NCBI RefSeq assembly: GCF_026210795.1
Contig: NC_089433.1
Coordinates: forward strand, 2,046,001 to 2,110,000
Reading direction: 5' to 3'
DNA: 64,000 nt
Source of the DNA: Rhizophagus irregularis
Taxonomy: Eukaryota
The position numbers were made by a program, and so were the translations under genes. The notes beneath the pieces are model-generated. The model was not told where the DNA came from. It did no database searches and saw only the letters and a list, made by a program, of their open reading frames with translations. Of this stretch, positions 40,728 to 53,801 are shown piece by piece; position 1 is the first letter of the stretch, and each line of letters starts with the position of its first letter.

Positions 40728-41430
40728 ATGAGTGATAACCTTACGATTATTAAAGGTCCTTGGAATAATCTTGTAAGTGAAGTGGAAGTTTAATACTATA
40801 CATTTATCAAAATCTTACAATAAAACGTAAGAATTTCACGTGCATTTAAGCCGTTAGTTAATATTTGTTACCTTAACTTATTTTCTTTTTGGCATTTTGG
40901 TTTATAGGAAGACGAAAAAATTCGTAGGGAGGTAGAACGATATAAAACTCATTATCCAAACCAACAAATATCTTGGAAATTTATTGAAGAAGCAATCCAA
41001 AATCGTACTGCAAAGCAATGCCGAGAAAGGTAATTTTAATTTAATCCGTTTGTTGATATATGCGAAATAATGTCATGGCGCATTTTTTTACCCATACTTT
41101 TTTCTCACGTTTTTAGATGGACAAATCACTTAAATAACGGTAATTAGTTTTTGACATATTACTACTTAAAATCGTTCTGTAATTAATATTATATTTCTTT
41201 TTCCCTTATCCTTATTAGTTAACAAGGCACCGTTAACCGTAGAAGAAGAGAGACTTATTTTACAATTGAGAGAAGATGATCCCAACATAAGTTACGTTCA
41301 AATATCCGAAAAGTTACCGGGACGTACACCTTTAATTATCAAAAATTTCATTTATAGAGAAAGAATTAAGGCAAAGAAATCTATCATAAGGATCCGTCAA
41401 CTTATGTCCATTAATTATATTAATCACTAA
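40728..41430 (+). CDS. Small two-repeat Myb transcription factor, 133 aa; join(40728..40772,40908..41029,41117..41139,41219..41430)
   Basis: Not in the ORF track. Spliced frame: IIKGPWNNLEDEKI..ISWKFIEEAIQNRTAKQCRERWTNHLNNVNKAPLTVEEERLIL..SYVQISEKLPGRTPLIIKNF..LMSINYINH*. Confidence 0.9.
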
Positions 41431-43570
41431 TGTAAAGTAAAATGGGTTTCGTGGGTTTCAAGATTTTTGGATATTTTTTTTTTTCAAATCAATGAACAAT
41501 TTATGAACAATCTCTCTTCATGAACAATTAAAAAAGAATTTAGAACTTGCGTCTTATTGTATTATACTTTTTATTTACCTACCATATTTAATGTATATTT
41601 ATAGGAGAAACATTATCATTATTCATTTCTTTACTTTTTCTTTCTGTATATTAGACTTCTTGTAAAATTATTTTTTATTATCAACGATTTCATTTTCTTT
41701 GTACATCTTTCATATTAATTCATCATTTAAATTTCCATTTTATTTCTTTTGTAATTTTTTCATTTTTCAAATAACGAAAATGATGATAACTTTAAATGGA
41801 AGCGATGATGTATTTATTTTGATCACAGGTACATAAGAATTAATATAGAAAAAGATAGTCAATGCATTCTTTTAGATATACAAACATAACAAAAAAAAAA
41901 ATAAATAAATTGGATTCTATTAGATTCATTAGAATATTTATTTGAGTCACTTAATTCTAATTTATTTTTGATGAAAATAGTTTTGATTTCCTGTACATGA
42001 ACAATTTACAAAGGTAACTAATTGCTTCAGGCCTACTTCTAAGTTATAATATATTTGGAATATTACAGAACATTATTAGTTCATATCGTTAACAGACACG
42101 ATCATTGTCGATTTCATCACATCGTGATAACTCTTGACCTTTTCTGGTACATTCTCTTGCATAAATTTTTATTTGTTGAAGTAATTATGTAAATTACTTT
42201 AGTAATTAAGTCGATATATAGATTTAAAATTAGGTTTAAATTTTATTCCTTAATTTCATTTAAATTTTCTTTTATTTTTTTTATTTTTATTTTTTTTTCT
42301 CAATGTCATAAAAATGCCCAATTCTTTTCTTCAAAAGAAAATTTATTCTGATGCACTTCTGCTTAAAGTCCTAAATAATTGGATTTTTGCATTTCTAAAA
42401 TTAATATTATAAAATTTGGCCGAAAATTAGTAACGTGATACCTTAATTTGATGTGAACAAGATAAGGAGGTTGTATTACTATTTATTTTCTGAAACTTAG
42501 AAATCAGGTCATACTATTTATATTCTTAGAAGTTTAGAAGAATTTATAAATACAAATAAAGACACTTTATCCTTACTATTTATATTCCTAGAAAATAAAT
42601 AGGATGACAACGTAAAAAGAAATTCATGTTTTTTTTATGAGGAACCGAAGCCCAATTATATCTTTGTTTATTGGGTCCTTCCAAGAAAGTTAAAGAGATG
42701 ATGTTTCTACTTATCTGAAAACCTTATATTCTGACTTAAATGGGAATTTTCACAGAACGATGGCGTAATCAATAAGGATCACGCCCTCGCTATTTCCACG
42801 GAGATTACCGACTTATGACTTAAATATTTGATTTAAAATATTCCAAATTTATCCAAGATGTCTTACTCTGAACTTACTGTTTTTGAAATTATATAAACAA
42901 TTCAATTTATTGGTTGAGTAGAAATAGTAAATAATTAGGACAATACTTTAGCATTACAGTTTATGTGAAGCCGGACAGCCAAATAATTTAGCATTACAGT
43001 TATATACATTCTATACTTAATAAATATGTATACTTGACAATCATGTGATTTTGTTCAATTTTCTGAGCCGATTCTATATCATGTGATCCGGAATTCAGTG
43101 TATAAAGTACTAATAAAATGCAGTTTTTGAAAATTTTTTATTACAAACAAGATAAAACATAAGAAAAACTGGATTTTAGCAATAAAATCGCAACTACCAT
43201 TTCATAAAAGTCATATATTGATAAAAATTTTTTTTTTACATTTGATTCATATTATAATAATTTAGGCTGGCATTATCACAATGTATGGATTCAGCCCAAA
43301 TTATCATAAGTTCTGGCCAACATATTTTGTTTCAAATTTGGGCTGATCATATAAAAATCATGCAATTTCAAATGCTTATGTAGATCTTTTAAAAATCTTT
43401 TGATAGAGCTTACTTCAAAGAATAAAGTTACCAGTTTATTTTTTCTAAATTATATTTTTTTTTAAGAAGTTGAAAGATTTTTAAGTGTTACATTTTTATT
43501 GTCGATTATAGACTTCTGGCACCATACATTATAAATTAATGGATAAAGATTTCCATATTTGAAGTTTCCG

Positions 43571-44803
43571 TTAATATGCCATTGATTTTTCGGTCATTAT
43601 TTTTAGTATTCTCATCATTCTCTCATAGTTCTCATCATTATCATCATCCTCATCTCCCATTACAATGCTTGCCAATTCAAAGAATGACACAACTATTATT
43701 CTATCATTATCAACAATCTGACTGTAGGTTTGATCGCTAAAGGATAAAATAGAGGTTTGAACTAACAATTCATTCTTTTGACCTTTACCCTCAATAGCAT
43801 GAACAATTTCAGCATCAATGGTGATTACATAAGATAACCAAATGATTACTATGCATTTTAAAGTTATATCTGATACTTCGTTTAAAAAACCATATGCATT
43901 CACAAGAACCAAATATTATAGATAAAATATTTTATTAATCGTAAAAAATTCCAATACATAACAGCTGTGAATAATGATCTCTTGCTTCTATACTTAAAGA
44001 CAATTTGGAAACATTTTTATTGGCATTTTTAATATAAAGATGAAACGTGCGGTCACATATATATCAGCTAAAAATTCCACGACAGATCTCCAACTATGTA
44101 AAGGGGCCATTCTAGTTACAATGAGATTACAAATAAGCGTTTCACTTTCAGGAATATACATGAAAGTAACTTGTGTAGAAATTAGTAGGTATGGAGTCTA
44201 TAAAAATAAATTATTGATATCGACATTCAGTTATTATTATTTAAAAAGAGAGAGGAAGAAAATATTATATTTTAACAGAAAATTTACCAAAAATGCGGCT
44301 CTAGATATAAATAATAAAATGCATATCCATTTATCCCATTCTCTCCTGCTCATATCTATTTGCCTTACCTGCCATAATAAAAAAGCCATTAATAATAATC
44401 TTGGTATGTTTAATATTTCCGATAAAACAAAATGTAATAAAGGATAGTGTATTGAAAGCGTGTAGGCAATTTTGGAGTAATATACAAGCCAATAATTCCA
44501 AAAGTACGCAGGATTTGACCAAAATTGAAAAAATTTTAAGAATACTTGAACATGTTACGTATTTTATATGAAATTATAGAAACATCATGTTTGTGAATGG
44601 ATATCTGTTAAAAGGATAAAAGTAGTAAAATCATTGATTAACATTTAACACTAGAGGGTTCGCCCACTTTGAACTCAAATTTTTCGTTGATTGGAACTTC
44701 TCCGCTTAGTTTTAAGAAAGATTAATCATTTAAATTAATATCTTACCATCACTACTGCTCCAAACCAAAAACCAGCATATGCTTGAATCTGAATAAAATT
44801 CAT
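43571..44803 (-). pseudogene. 7TM receptor-like paralogue A, copy 1 (frameshifted)
   Basis: Exon 1 (44803-44747) MNFIQIQAYAGFWFGAVVM. Same intron positions and motifs as the intact gene at 52371 (FLLWQ, DKWI.ILLF..RA, DIYVT.R, KRSLFT.V.YWNFLRL, LSYVIT.DAEIV), but with several frameshifts. Confidence 0.85.
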
Positions 44804-46104
44804 TTCGATTTTTAAACTTTGAGTGCTTTGAATAAAAAAAATAATTATGAGAGAAGTTGGAACGTGTCTTTTTAATTCTAAAATTTTATCCGTTCCACAT
44901 TAGATAAAATAGGCTTAAATTAACCGCAAAACGAGTATATTAGTATATTTATTATGTCTTTCCCATGTAAGAATTATTGATGTGCAATCCATATACTTGG
45001 CCAAGATCAAGATTTATATGCATTGTAAATCTATTTTTATTTAAAAGTTTTAAATTTATTATCTTTGTATTTGTCTTGATAATCATTATATATATCTAAT
45101 TATGTTGAACAGATTCTCTAAAAGGAACCAATAAAATGACTCCAGGATAAACCAGTAAAAAGATAAATGAGCTTTTTTATACCGAAAATTAACGTAAACC
45201 AGTCAAGATATCAAATTCGGGTTTAACGCACCAGGAATTAAGGTTAACACTGTAATAAACAAGTGCAGTTTTCAGATTTCTGTGTACGTTGCGATTATAA
45301 TTACAGGACGATTATTACCGGACATATTGATCCTGTAATCTAATAATTTTATTTTGTTAGTAATTTGCATGTTAGCAGAATTCTAAAAACAGCGATGAAC
45401 TAATTTGTATTTATTCAAAAAAAAAAATTCTAATCTAAATCTGTTTTTCCGATATCAAGTTAGATACATTTAAGGTGGTCGAGAACCGAAATGGTGGGAC
45501 ATGTTTCTATTCTGCATTAACACAATAACACTAATCCATAGATCTAAATAACATTCAAAATAATTTTTAAAAGGAATGTTTTCGAGAAACGTATTCTGAG
45601 TTTTTTGTCCATGATGAGTTCATATACAGTATATCAATCACACTTATCCTCTATTAATAAAAATTATTATATTTAATTTTATGTGATTTTGTCATTGTAT
45701 ACAGTATAGTATCTTTTTACCGAAGCATGCTTTCCAAATTTGTGAAGTTTACTATTTTAGTAAAATTAAAAATCAAAATTCAAATTTGAGATTTTGTCAG
45801 TAATGATTATACCTCACTTTTCAGAAAATATAATTTTATTAATAAATTATTAGTGAAAAGAATGTTTTTTTGGTATCCTCCAAAAATAGTACCCCCCCCG
45901 AGTATTATGCTACCTAATTCTTGAATAATACCCGGGTATAACCTCTAATAATTTATTACTTTTCATATAATTTATATCCAATCAAATATAGTACCCGGAG
46001 TACCCACGGGTACTATTCAGTTTAAATATCGAGTTCTTGAATAATACCTTGAGTGCCAGCCAACGGTAATAAGTATACCATCCCCTTTTGCTACGGGTGT
46101 CCCC

Positions 46105-46625
46105 GTATATAGAATTTTAATAATATACATAATTTTTGTTCAATTTATAATATGATGGTATAAATTATTAGTGATCGTAAAATTCTTCAACTCGGTTCAC
46201 AAAGACCAAGTCTTACATCTGTTCCTAAAAATAATTTATAATTAACCAACGTAATCACTTCACGATACTAATTATTTGAATTTATCATTGTAATTATGCT
46301 GCATAATTTAGTATGAGCGCTTCAAGCGATCAATGTTCACTCCCATCCCTATAAAAAATTTTTATCTGAATATTTCCATTATTTCTCCGTGTCTTCTGTA
46401 AAAAATTCCGTGAAAATGATACATTCACGGATATCCGTGTTAGCGAGATGAAAATTTCCATGATTTAAGGCTATAAATTCCATTAAAATGATACATTTAC
46501 GGAAAAAACATGGAAAGATAAAACACGGAACAGATTTTTTACAGGGCATTATATACTGGAATTTATTCGTAATTCGCATTTGCGCTTACCGACCTAGTAC
46601 CTATGACTTGAATGATTGATTTGAC
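46105..46625 (+). pseudogene. 7TM receptor-like paralogue B, deleted remnant
   Basis: CAACTCGGTTCACAAAGACCA, AAGCGATCAATGTTCAC and TTATATACTGGAATTT match exon 3 of the 52371 gene; interrupted by a MITE. Confidence 0.75.
46347..46546. mobile_element. CACTA/CMC-type MITE
   Basis: Termini CCCTATAAAAAA ... TTTTTTACAGGG with a 3-bp TSD CAT/CAT. Confidence 0.8.
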
Positions 46626-46930
46626 TATAAATTCATTTAACATGTTTACCTGAACTTAGAAATTTCTTTGTAAAATTATATAACAGTTCAAAAATCTTAA
46701 TAGGACAATATCAGTATGTTAGGAGGGCCTTACTCATACATCTTGCGTAATATATATCAATATGCTATAAAAAATTTATAACAATATTATAAAAGAAAGA
46801 TTATTATATACGCTAATGTTACTAAATTACAGTAAATAGTAGTGGTGTTAGAAAAGATTGTCATTCTTAGAATGAACAAAAAAATTGTAATAAGAGATGA
46901 GAATGGTAAGAATGGAAGAAATAGTTGAAC

Positions 46931-47594
46931 TAGGGATTGGAATCGATTAGACTAATAGAATCGATTAATCGAATCTAAAAATTATATTTTGGCGCAGCAA
47001 ATATATTCTATAACCACGCCACAATGAAAAATCTCAGAATTAACAAAAAAAATCGAAAAATTCAACAATTGTGATGGCTTTTTGACCAATAATAATTGGA
47101 TATTGGACAATTAGACAATTTAGAATTTAATCAAACATTATCCAATCAAGTTAATTATGGCTAATGTTTAATTAATTAAAAAAAAAATTTTTTTATTAAT
47201 TGATAATTTGAAGTTCAGGGGCCTGGATCATCTTTTGGCCAGAATTTAAATATAATTCTATAATGCGGGCCAAAAATGTCTACTGCATATTTATACATTT
47301 TGACTTTTTATATAATAATTACTTTAGCGAATAAATTTTCAGGGTTTTTATTCAGTGCAAAAATAAAATCATTTTACTTTTAATCAAAATTTTTCAAATT
47401 TTACAATAAAAATTATTTTAGTATTTTAGTTAAAATCCACCTAAAATTTTGTGCCGCCGGGATCATCGAAAGCGTTGCATCACGAAAATGTTTAAAAAAA
47501 ATGATTTTTTTGTAAAATTACTGAGAAACGATTAATCGATTCTTAAATCGATTCTCGGGTTTCGATTTTCGATTGAATCGATTTCCAATCCCTA
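46931..47594. mobile_element. hAT-like non-autonomous element
   Basis: TIRs TAGGGATTGGAATCGATT ... AATCGATTTCCAATCCCTA; subterminal AATCGATT repeats; degenerate 8-bp TSD AGTTGAAC/CTTTGAAC. Confidence 0.7.
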
Positions 47595-47784
47595 CTTTGA
47601 ACACGGTCTTACCATAATAACTACTCCAGAAACAAAAGCAAGCATGCATGCATGATTAAATCTGAATAAAATTTTATTTTTTGAATGCTTTGAATGGAAA
47701 AAAAAATTAGGAAAGTTGGAGCATGTCTTTTAAATTTAAAATTTATTTATTAGAAACGAATAAGAGAAAATTAAATGTTTATAC

Positions 47785-48125
47785 CACGTTGATTGCTGAT
47801 ATATGCAAAATAATGTCTCTACTTTTTATCACTTAAATAACGGTAATTAGTTAACATATATAATATAATATTACTTAAATCGTTTTGTGATTAATATTCC
47901 TTTTCTTCTCCTTTTAGTTATCAAATCATTAATTATTAAAAATTTCGAAAATTTCGTTTATAGAGAAAGAATTAAGGCAAAGAAATCTACCTTAGGGATC
48001 CGTTAACTTATGTCTATTAATTATATTAATCACTAATAATAATATATTAATATAAAGTAAAATGGGTTTCGTGGACTCTACGATTTTTGGATTTTTTTTT
48101 CAAATTAACGAACAATTTACGGACA
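47785..48125 (+). pseudogene. 3' fragment of a third copy of the 40728 Myb gene
   Basis: ATCACTTAAATAACGGTAATTAGTT and TATAGAGAAAGAATTAAGGCAAAGAAATCTA..TAATCACTAA plus 3' UTR are near-identical to 41125-41500. Confidence 0.85.
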
Positions 48126-48920
48126 ATACATTCTTAGAAGTTTAGAAGGTTATAAGTACAAATAAAGGCAGTTATCCTAAACATTTACATTCCTAGAAAA
48201 TAAATGGCAACGTAGAAATTATTTTTATGAGGAACAGAAGCCCAATCCTGTTTATAAGAAGGTTATTGAAAACCTTATCTTCATTAATTTGTGATTTAAA
48301 TAATCAATAAGGATCACGTACTCTCATTTTCCATGAAGATTACCGGCCTATGGCTTCCAAATTTATCCAAAATATCTTACCTGAACTTATGAACCTTTAC
48401 TTTATTGAAATTATATAAACAATTTATTGGTTAAGTAAAATAGTAAATAATTAGGAAAATACACTGATAAATTGGGTCTTAGCTCATTAATTTTTCGGTC
48501 ATTATCTTTAGTATTCTCATCCTCATCTCCCATTACAATTCAAAGAATGAAATTCTTTTCATTGACACAACTACTATTCTATCATTATCAAGAATTTGGC
48601 TGTGGGTTTGATCGCTAGAGGATAAAATAGAAGTTTGAATGGTTTTCACTGACAATTCATTCTTTTGACCTTTACCCTCAATAGCATGAACAATTTCAGC
48701 ATCAATGGTGATTACATAATGATGATTACTATGAATTTTGAAGTTATATCTGATACTTCGTTTGAAAACCCATATACAAGCATTTTTATTGGCATTTTTT
48801 AATATAAAGATTAAACGTGTGGTTACATATATATCAACTAAAAATTCCACGATAGTTCCTCCAGTTATGAAAGGGACAACCCTAGTAACATCTGAATTAC
48901 AAATAAACGTTGAATATATG

Positions 48921-49105
48921 CCCTATAAAAACGAAATGAGTTAAATTTGTTTAATATTTGTGCTCATGTGTAATAAATGTCTAAAAAAGCACCATTTTGT
49001 TTAATTTTTGTTTTTTTGTAATAAGACATAAATTGGACAAATTGATGCTTTTTTGGACGTTTTTTACACATGAACACAAATTTAACACATTTCATTTTTA
49101 TAGGG
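48921..49105. mobile_element. CACTA/CMC-type MITE inside receptor exon 3
   Basis: TIRs CCCTATAAAAACGAAATGAGTTAAATTTG ... CAAATTTAACACATTTCATTTTTATAGGG; 3-bp TSD ATG/ATG; absent from the paralogous site in copy 1. Confidence 0.85.
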
Positions 49106-49601
49106 ATGTGACAGTTGCTTGTTAAAAAATTACGTATGGAATCTATAAAAATAAATTATTGATATCGACATTCAGTTATTATTGTTTTAAAAAAGAGAGA
49201 GGAAGAAAAATATTATATTTTAACAGAAAATTTACCATAAATGCGGCTCTAATAATAAAATGCATATCCGTTTATCACAGTCTCCCCCGCTCATATCTAT
49301 TCGCCTTATCCGCCATAATAAGAAAGCTGTTGATGATAATCTTGGTATGCTATTTCCGATATATAAATATATATAAGGATATTGCATTGAAAGAATGTAG
49401 GATCTTTTGGAGTCACATACAAGGCAAACAAACATATACAGTAGACATGCGCAAGATTTGACCAAAATCGAAAATAATTTTAAGGATATTTGAAGCATGT
49501 ATTTTACGTATTTTATATGAAATTATCGAAATGACCATGTTGCGAATGCATACCTATAAAAAGGATAAAAGTAGTAAAATTATTGATTACCAGAGAGTTC
49601 G

Positions 49602-51159
49602 CCTATGATGATTTACACAGATATTATCCGAAAGTAAATTTATTGAATGCAGTCAAGATATACTTCAATTATACTTGCAAGATATTATCTGAAAGTAGCA
49701 CGTTATTCATTTTAGTTGACCTTCTTTTCCCTGCATTGTTGTAGAAATTAGAAATATAAAAGTACAAACAAAAGTCTAAATTTACAGGATTTTTTTGCAT
49801 CTTCTTGTAAAGGTAATTGGGCGTTATTAGTTTCTATTTTAGCAAGAACCGTACTTGATAATGATTCAGGAATTGATGTGGATGAAATAGCAATATCAGT
49901 ATGTGGAAATGATTCAGAAATTGATGTACCAGATGATACCAAGCATCAATATTTGATTGTAATTTGAAAGTATTTTCATCCATTTTTGAAGATATTGGTA
50001 TATCGGGTGATGTACTTAATTGTGATTTAGAATTGGAGTAGGTAGTGAATAGTGATACCACTTTCTTGAGTTTTTTATTAGGTGGTGTGATATTTTTGCA
50101 TTTAAGAGGTGTGTGGATTGATACCTTGGATAAAAGCTTCTTGGTTAAAGGGTTTCAGCTTAAAAGGTTTCGCTCATAGACCAAAAATAGGATGCCAAAA
50201 CCTAAAAAAATGTCATACTAACGTTTTTTATTAAAGTTTCGAAACTTACCTGAGATCCAGAATCAAAATTTGACCAGATTCCTACAAAATAGAAATAAAG
50301 AAGTGTTAATACAACATTTTTTTTAAATTAGTTTTTGAAAGATTCCAAAAACTATGATTCCAGCGTTTTGAAATCGGAACCGGCTATCTATAAATAAGAA
50401 AAAATGAATTGTCAGTAACAGTTCATTAAAAACCAACCGAATCCTGCGTCCAAAGAGCTGAAAAGTTTCCTAAAAGATAAAAAACACGAGACGTTAGCAA
50501 TCATTTAACTAATAGAATTAATTCAAAGGAAAAATACCCACTCACCGAATTTCCCACATGTCCGGATACTCCAAAGAATAAAAAAGAAAAAAATGAAATG
50601 TTCATTAGTAGCCATCTTGTTAAAATACTTTATTATAAATGCCCAAACTCCAGAGACCTGAAAGAATCACTAAAAAAAGAAAAAAAAATGAACTGTTAGT
50701 ACCGTTCGTTAACATAAATGAATTATAAAAAACAGGACAATAGCTCACCAGATCTTACGCGTTCAAAGACCCTTCCTGCCATTTAAAAGATTAATGATTA
50801 CCGTTACTAATTGAGGTCTAATATGGGCCAAATTGTATTAAAGCAAAATAACTAGTGGAAGGTGTTATCAAATAAACACATTATCATTGATAGAGAAGAT
50901 TACACCTTATTGAAAATATATTGTTAATAAAATATTTTAAATAATCGGGATATAATCGGAACATTTTCAATTTGAATACAAAATCGGAATATCTTTATAA
51001 ATTTAAATTTTTTTCAGAGTATTTCCTGATACTTTTTATCATATTAAAACTTCTAAATTTTAATTTGAAATATAATCGGAATGTTATCAGTATAATCGGA
51101 GTATTTTTAATAAATTCGAGGAAAAGTTGGAGTGTATCTGACAAAAATTTTTTATAGGG
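49602..51159 (-). mobile_element. CACTA-like insertion in intron 1 of receptor A copy 2
   Basis: About 1.56 kb absent from the homologous intron at 44660-44670. Right end TTTTTATAGGG; carries minus-strand micro-exon-like blocks (50200-50780) and a Ser-rich ORF remnant. The left end is degenerate. Confidence 0.65.
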
Positions 51160-52370
51160 TTTGAACTTAAAGTTTCGTTGAACCGCTTAGTTTTAAAAAA
51201 GATTAATCATTTAGATTAATATCTTACTATTATAACTGCTCCAATCCAAAAACCAGCATATGCTTGAATCTGAATAAAATTCATTTCGATTTTAGACTTT
51301 GAGTGCTTTGAATGAAAAAAAATAATTATGAGAAGTTGGAGCGTGTCCTTTAAATTCTAAAATTTTATTCGTTCCCACATTCCTATAAAAATTTTTTCAG
51401 AAAAATGATCACGTGTCTGAGTTTCTTCGGAATAAAAACTAGAAAAATGATCATTTATCGGAATAGCGTCATTAACAGCAAAATGTGTATATTTATTCTG
51501 GTATTATAACTAAAATTATTGTGCCGATCCAATTATTGTTTTGAAAAAATTTAGTATTATCCCCAAAAAACAAAATTTAATATGGAAATGTGTACTACAA
51601 ATTATCATTTTTTATTTAAAAGTTTCCGTTATTTTTAAATTTGTACGCGTAAACAAATGTAACATAGCTGCTATGTGTTCTTTTTCTTGATAATCATTAT
51701 ACTATCTAATTATGTCGAACAGTTTCTCTAAAAGGGAATTAATAAATAATGGATAAACCAATAAAATGATAAATGGACTTTTTTATTACCGTAAAACCAG
51801 TCAAGATATCAAATTCAGGTTGTTTAACACCAAATTTAATATTGCCAAAACAAAGTATTAAACCTAATTTGTATTAACTAAAAAAATTCTAATCTATGTC
51901 GTAAATGTACTAAGGTTGCGTAAGTTTGCGTTTATGCTTATTTACAGTCTTCCTATTACCACCTAATTAATACAAAATGGATGCTAATATTAACAAGTCT
52001 TAATTTTTTAATTTTTGTTTTTTTGGTCACTAAGGTCATAAAAAGAAATACTGTACTGTAACTGCCGGATTCCGATAATAAGCATTGTTAAGTTTGTATG
52101 ACCTTATTTTTTTTTTAGCAATAATATTTTTCATTCTGTATTATCAAACTGATTTCTAAAAATTATTCTAAAAATAATTTTAAATTTCTTTTCGGAAGTA
52201 ATGTCTCAAATTGCATTCACAATTATCGAAAATTATTCTTCATTATTTTACAACTTATCTAAATTATTCTTCATTATTTTATATAAATATGTTATATTTA
52301 CTTGGAGTATTTTTTTCGAAGTTTTATTCAGTCCTTGTTAATTGTCCTCAATTCAATTATTTTTTAAAAA

Positions 52371-53801
52371 ATGGATTATTTTCAGACACAAGCGTATATT
52401 GGAGTTATTGTTGGGATAACCGTGATGGTAAGCTATACAATGTTATATATATATATATATACTATGTATCTTATATCGCAGGCAATAGTATTTTCTATTA
52501 AGAATAGACACTACACTTTCATTTCGCATTATCGCACATATGCTTTTATCGAAGTTTTATTACTATTTCCTATGGTATAAAGTATAGTCGGTATATATAA
52601 ATCAAAAATTTACAGCGTATAGAATTTTAATATATACGTAATTTTTTTTTTTCAGATAAATTTACATAATATGATCGTTTCGATATTTTTGTACAAAGCT
52701 CGCGAAACAAAAATTTTGAATTTTCTTAAAATAATTTTAAATTTTGCCAACATATTGCGTTTTGGTAGTGTATTTGGCACACATATGACTCCTCATATTG
52801 CCACACTAACTCAATGCGTATCTCTTCAATACCTAGCAGCTATCGGTAATGTTAGCATAAGAGTGGCATTAACAGCTTTCTTATTGTGGCAATTAAAACA
52901 AGTACATGATGAAAATACAGATAAATGGATTGGTATTATATTATTTGTGATCAGAGCTTGTTTAGCGGTGAGTAGAATTCTTGATTTTTTTTTACCGTAA
53001 TTAAAAAATTGCTGAAAAAAAATTTTAATTTCTTGTTAAAAGGTCCCTCAACTCGGTTTACAAAGACCAGATCTTCAATCTATTTCCGAGAATAATTTAA
53101 TAGTTTGTGTCCCTAATGTTATCACTTTACGATATTATTCGATTACTGAGATATTAGTTGAAATTTTCATTGATATATATGTGACCGTCCGTTTAATTCT
53201 TATATTAAAAAAGGCTAATAAAAATGTTGCGGGTTTATCCACAAATATAGGACGCCCCAAGCGATCTTTATTCACTGTCGTTATATACTGGAATTTCTTA
53301 CGATTATTAGTAATTTTTATCTTTCATGCATTTGGCCTTGCAGACCTTTATACTTTGAGCAAAAGCTTCATTCCTATAACACTTGCAGCAAAGTGTTTAA
53401 TAAATATATTCTTATCTTACGTGATTACCGCTGACGCTGAAATTGTGCGAGTCATTAAGGGCAAACCTAATCAAGAAAATAATAAAAGAAATCAAAAGAA
53501 GCCAACAAAAAGTAAAACAAAATCCTTATTAACGATAGATACAAGCGATTCCCCATCTCAATTTCTTTCTAAACTTACACCACATACTCCTAGATCAATG
53601 AAACAACATGAGAAAAGATTGTCAATCTCTGAATGGACAAATACGGCTATTGATAATTTTAATGATGAAATAATTGAAGAACCTCGAAGTCAAAACAATT
53701 GGGATTTTAATAATGAAAAAATAATTGAAGAACCTTTAAGTCTTAATAACAATAATCATTCAGTAACAATACAACTTAATAACACAACTAATAATGACTA
53801 A
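52371..53801 (+). CDS. Intact seven-transmembrane GPCR-like protein, 375 aa; join(52371..52427,52656..52967,53043..53801)
   Basis: Three track ORFs join in frame through GT-AG introns at the same positions as in the paralogues. Seven hydrophobic segments, Cys at the top of TM3 (TLTQC) and in ECL2 (NLIVCVP), basic ICL3 and a Ser/Thr-rich cytoplasmic tail. Confidence 0.85.

Larger units (their letters stand above)
48485..51284 (-). pseudogene. 7TM receptor-like paralogue A, copy 2 (frameshifts, deletions, two insertions)
   Basis: Exon 1 at 51284-51228 (MNFIQIQAYAGFWIGAVII); the remainder (49553-48485) is colinear with 44604-43575. Confidence 0.85.

Noticed and set aside
52482..52574. Possible in-frame 93-nt cassette exon in intron 1 of the receptor (track ORF 52371..52580)
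   Set aside because: It has AG/GT ends but would split TM1, and no equivalent is evident in the paralogues; treated as intron pending RNA-seq.
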